This document shows, piece by piece, positions 60,461 to 64,000 of a stretch of 64,000 nt of DNA. How positions within the stretch are numbered: position 1 is the stretch's first letter; every line of letters begins with the position of its first letter. The notes below the pieces were generated by a model. That model was not told where the DNA came from, made no database searches, and saw nothing but the letters and a program-made list of their open reading frames with translations. The position numbers were made by a program, and so were the translations under genes. The stretch comes from Cladosporium halotolerans (taxonomy: Eukaryota). The stretch spans positions 868,001-932,000 of the forward strand of contig NW_027191458.1 in the NCBI RefSeq assembly GCF_011745625.1, given 5' to 3'.

Positions 60461-62301
60461 ATGCCTTTGGGCAGCCTTTTCCGCAAGGGCGGCAAGAATG
60501 ACCCGCCACCTACCACATCAGCCGGCGACGATACCACGCTCGCTCCGAGCGACGCACCCTCTATAGCGGACGAAAAGATGCAACCCACTGCTACGAGCAC
60601 GTTGCCCGAGTCACGCTCTCACTCCACTGAAGACGAGAAGCCCGCCGCGCTGAAGGAACAGGCTGCCGAGACGACTGGTGAAGATGAAGACGAGGAAGAT
60701 GAGACGGAATATCCCAAATCGACGCAGCTGATTTTGATCACTGTCGCTCTGTGCCTCTCCGTCTTCTGTATGGCCTTGGACAATACTATTATAGCCACAG
60801 CTATACCGAAGGTATTTTCACACGACTTTCCCAGCTATATACCTCACTTTTCTGAGTTCTATCACAGATCACAGACCAGTTCCAGGCCATCAACGACGTT
60901 GGTTGGTACGGTTCTGCCTATCTCCTGACCACCTGCGCCTTTCAGCTCTTTTTCGGCAAGCTCTACACCTTCTTCAGCGTGAAGTGGATCTACTTGACCG
61001 CTCTGGTGATTTTTGAGGTCGGCAGTGCGGTCTGCGGCGCTGCGCCAAACAGCCCAGCTCTCATCATTGGTCGTGCAGTTGCTGGTCTTGGATCTGCTGG
61101 AATCTTTTCTGGTGCAATTCTCATCGTTGCAAACACTGTTCCCCTCCGCCAGCGTCCCACCTACATGGGCTTGATTGGCGGCATGTACGGTATTGCATCC
61201 GTGGCTGGACCGCTCATGGGAGGTGCATTTACGGACAAGTTAACCTGGCGCTGGTGTTTTTACATCAATCTTCCCATCGGTGCTGTTACATTCGCCTTCA
61301 TCGCCTGGTTTTACCATCCGACTCAGAAATCCCGTGCCAGGAGCTTCAAGGAGGGCGGCTGGCAAAACAACCTCGAGCAGTTCGACATTTTCGGCACTCT
61401 CGTCTTCCTGCCAATGATTGTCTGCCTGTTGCTCGCTCTCCAATGGGGCGGCTCCAAGTACCCCTGGTCGAACGGCCGTGTCATCGCTCTCCTGGTCGTT
61501 TTCGCAGTCCTGCTCATTGTCTTCATTGGCATTCAGGTCTGGAAGAAGGAAAATGCCACTGTACCGCCCCGCATCCTCAGGCAACGAACCGTTGGCGCCG
61601 GAGCATGGTTCGCCGCGATGATCGGCGCCGCTTTCTTCATCCTCGTTTACTTCCTTCCATTTTGGTTCCAGGCCATCAAGGGTGCCTCCGCCGTGAAGTC
61701 CGGCATCATGAACCTCCCGCTCATCCTCAGTCTGGTCCTCATGTCAATCCTCATCGGCGGCCTCATCACCAAAATCGGCTACTACACGCCCTTCGTCATC
61801 GGCTGCTCCATCCTCACCTCCATCGGCGCCGGCCTCATCTCCACCTTCACGACCACCACCAACCACAGCCACTGGATCGGCTACCAGATCATCTTCGGCT
61901 TCGGCATGGGCATGGGCATGCAGCAGACGCTCGTCGCCGTGCAGACCGTGCTGCCCAAGGCCGACGTCCCCATCGGCACCGCGATCGCCATGTTCAGCCA
62001 GACGCTCGGCGGCGCCCTCTTCATCTCCGTCGCGCAGAACGTCTTCACCAACTCGCTGCTGAAGAACACGCGCGCCGCCGTGCCCGGGCTCGATCCCGCG
62101 CTCGTGCTCGCGACGGGCGCAACGGACCTGCAGAAGAATATACCGGACCAGTTCTTTGGCGCCGTGCAGGTCGCGTACAATTCTGCGCTCGTCAATACTT
62201 TCTATGTGGCCGTTGCGTGCGCGGTGCTGAGCATCATTGGAGCGGTGTCTTTCGAGTGGAAGAGTGTCAAGGGGAAGAAGATTGAGATGGCTGCGGCTTG
62301 A
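60461..62301 (+). CDS. MFS drug:H+ antiporter-2 (DHA2, 14-TMS) efflux pump
   Basis: [18 protein letters not shown] (intron 60812-60867), [41 protein letters not shown] and EWKSVKG. Confidence 0.94.
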
Positions 62302-62718
62302 TTCGGCAGGATCGCGGCGACTGTGTTTTGCGTTGTTTCGATACCCTCTGTTGTGTAATGATATCTTGACAGCGACGGCGTTTGTAAAATGGGTCTTGGG
62401 CATAGATTTAGTAATGGACTGACTGGCGTCGAGGCTGCGAGCAAAAGCGGCGTAATATATAGAGCGAAGCACAGGGGGAAACTCTCCAATCCAAGAGATC
62501 ATTGATTTTATCACCTGAAAACTTCCAGACTGGTTCCATGTCAAGCGCAATAGAAATCATGCACATTCATTGAAAAGGACGTTGTCTAGCCATCCACCAT
62601 GAGTTCCTATTAACACCTCGCCCAAACACAATGAACGAGAAGTCCCCATACCCATGCTCTCCAAAACACCTTCCGTGAATCATGCAAGCATTCCAAAAAC
62701 ACAGCAAGAAGACGAGGA

Positions 62719-64000
62719 CTAGATATCCCCCTCCGAAACCTGCGCCTCAAAGTCCCTCTTCACCGTCAGCTCCTCCCACCCCTCCACGTTCTCGATCACC
62801 AGCCCTTTCTCGTTCGCCAAGTGCAGCAGGCAGATGAAGCCGTACGACGTCGAGATGTCCGCCAGCTGCGCCTTGGGGTACACGTGTGAGAGGTTGTTCA
62901 TGATGTCCGTGAACTTGAGCACGCCGTCCGCGTCGGCCGCGAGCGTGGGGATCTGCGGTTTCTGCGGGTGCGCGGGCTGCGTGGTTTTGCTGTGGGTGTG
63001 TGTTAGCGGACACTCCTGAAAAATTGGAAATTGCAACGGGGGTGGTGGCTGCACGTACCTCTCTTCTTCTTCTCCAAAGCCGATGCCTTGCCACATCTCC
63101 TCCTTGAGCCGCCGCACGTCGACCTTCTTCGCCACGCGCGCGTACTGCACGTACTCCGGGCGCAGCCTGCGGCTCTGCGTGATGATGTTCTCGCCGAACG
63201 CACCCGCCTGCGCCGGATCGGTGCTGCCGGCGACGGCGTCGATGCCCGGCCCCGTGGGGCCAGCGGCTGCGTCGTCGAGAGCAGGCGAGAAATTCTCCCT
63301 TGCGTCAGCGAAAGAGTCGTCGTCCATGTCGCCGCCGGGCATGGGCAGGTTGTCGTCGGCGAAGAAGTTGGCGTCGTAGTCGCCCTGGACCTGCTGCTCG
63401 TCTGCGGCGGCGGCGGGGCCGTTGTTGGCGGCCCAGTAGGCCTCGTCGACCTCCTCGTGCGCGGGGAGGGGTTTGGCGCCCTTCCTGGCGCCGAGCTTGG
63501 CTTTGGGCTTGAGGAAGAGCTTGAGCAGGTCTTTGGAGTTGAAGTGCTTGTCGTCGGGGAGGAGGTTGCGGGTTTTGCTGCGCCATTCGCGCTTGGGCAG
63601 GGAGATGGTGGCGTTGCTGGAGGCTTTGGTGTAGAGCATTGAGGCGAGCTCGCCGCTCATTGGGGCTGCGAAGTTGATCTCGAAGGGCTCCTTTTCCTTG
63701 CGCACTCGCTGCGGTGCGGCGGGCTTGTTGGCTTCCTTGATACGGGCGATCTTCCAGTGTTCTGGGCCAGCCCAGTTCTTTTGTAGTGCCGTGTCGAAGT
63801 AGTTGAGGATGTTTTCGTGGTCGTTCTGCTCGCGGTGCTGCAATGTGACGCCGTATGCGTTCGAGTCGGCATCGAATGTGCCAACTTCGCCGCCTTCCTC
63901 GCCGCCCTCTGCCGACATAGTGTGAACACGCATCTGAGGCTGAATTGCGGCATCCTTCGCCCACGCCTCGCCACCTTCGCCGAAGCCGACCTCGGCATCT
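62719..64000 (-). CDS. BRN1: Condensin kleisin subunit (Barren/CAP-H/Cnd2), 3' part; 5' end lies outside the window
   Basis: KNWAGPEHWK, LLPDDKHFNS..LFLKP, YARVAKKVDVRRLKEEMW and DISTSYGFICLLHLANEKGL. Likely in-frame intron at 62990-63058. Confidence 0.93.
   Translation of the reverse strand, partial: DAEVGFGEGGEAWAKDAAIQPQMRVHTMSAEGGEEGGEVGTFDADSNAYGVTLQHREQNDHENILNYFDTALQKNWAGPEHWKIARIKEANKPAAPQRVRKEKEPFEINFAAPMSGELASMLYTKASSNATISLPKREWRSKTRNLLPDDKHFNSKDLLKLFLKPKAKLGARKGAKPLPAHEEVDEAYWAANNGPAAAADEQQVQGDYDANFFADDNLPMPGGDMDDDSFADARENFSPALDDAAAGPTGPGIDAVAGSTDPAQAGAFGENIITQSRRLRPEYVQYARVAKKVDVRRLKEEMWQGIGFGEEEERYVQPPPPLQFPIFQECPLTHTHSKTTQPAHPQKPQIPTLAADADGVLKFTDIMNNLSHVYPKAQLADISTSYGFICLLHLANEKGLVIENVEGWEELTVKRDFEAQVSEGDI

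Noticed and set aside
1..64000. CRISPR arrays, rRNA/tRNA genes, intact transposons, secondary-metabolite backbone genes
   Set aside because: By eye I found no repeat-spacer arrays, RNA gene signatures, transposase/RT/integrase motifs or PKS/NRPS domains.

Overview
Gene-dense window from a filamentous ascomycete, with short GT..CTRAC..YAG introns. The gene style suggests a Dothideomycete (inference only). I can support about 31 protein-coding loci, mostly conserved housekeeping or metabolic genes: CYC2, PDE1, an AA9 LPMO, CMC1, NAT, PEX11, DIC1, UCH, a flavocytochrome b2-like gene, URA4, SHM1, CYM1, taxilin, POL31, 14-3-3, two MFS transporters, RRS1, a BVMO, GH95 and a condensin kleisin. No RNA genes, CRISPR arrays or intact transposons were seen. 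Main findings: (1) The DHA1-type MFS gene at 44645-46705 keeps its reading frame only if two of its intervening sequences are spliced as nested spliceosomal twin introns (stwintrons), each removable by a [D1,2] or an [A2,3] route. (2) Three tandem paralogs of an uncharacterised, probably secreted or membrane-anchored family lie between POL31 and 14-3-3, and two carry apparent single-base lesions. (3) A frameshifted coactosin/ADF-H-like gene is hidden in the gene-poor 51-56 kb zone. (4) Recurring islands switch from C/A-rich to G/T-rich composition. (5) There are 5-12 nt micro-exons and a loose grouping of PTS1-ending enzymes near PEX11.
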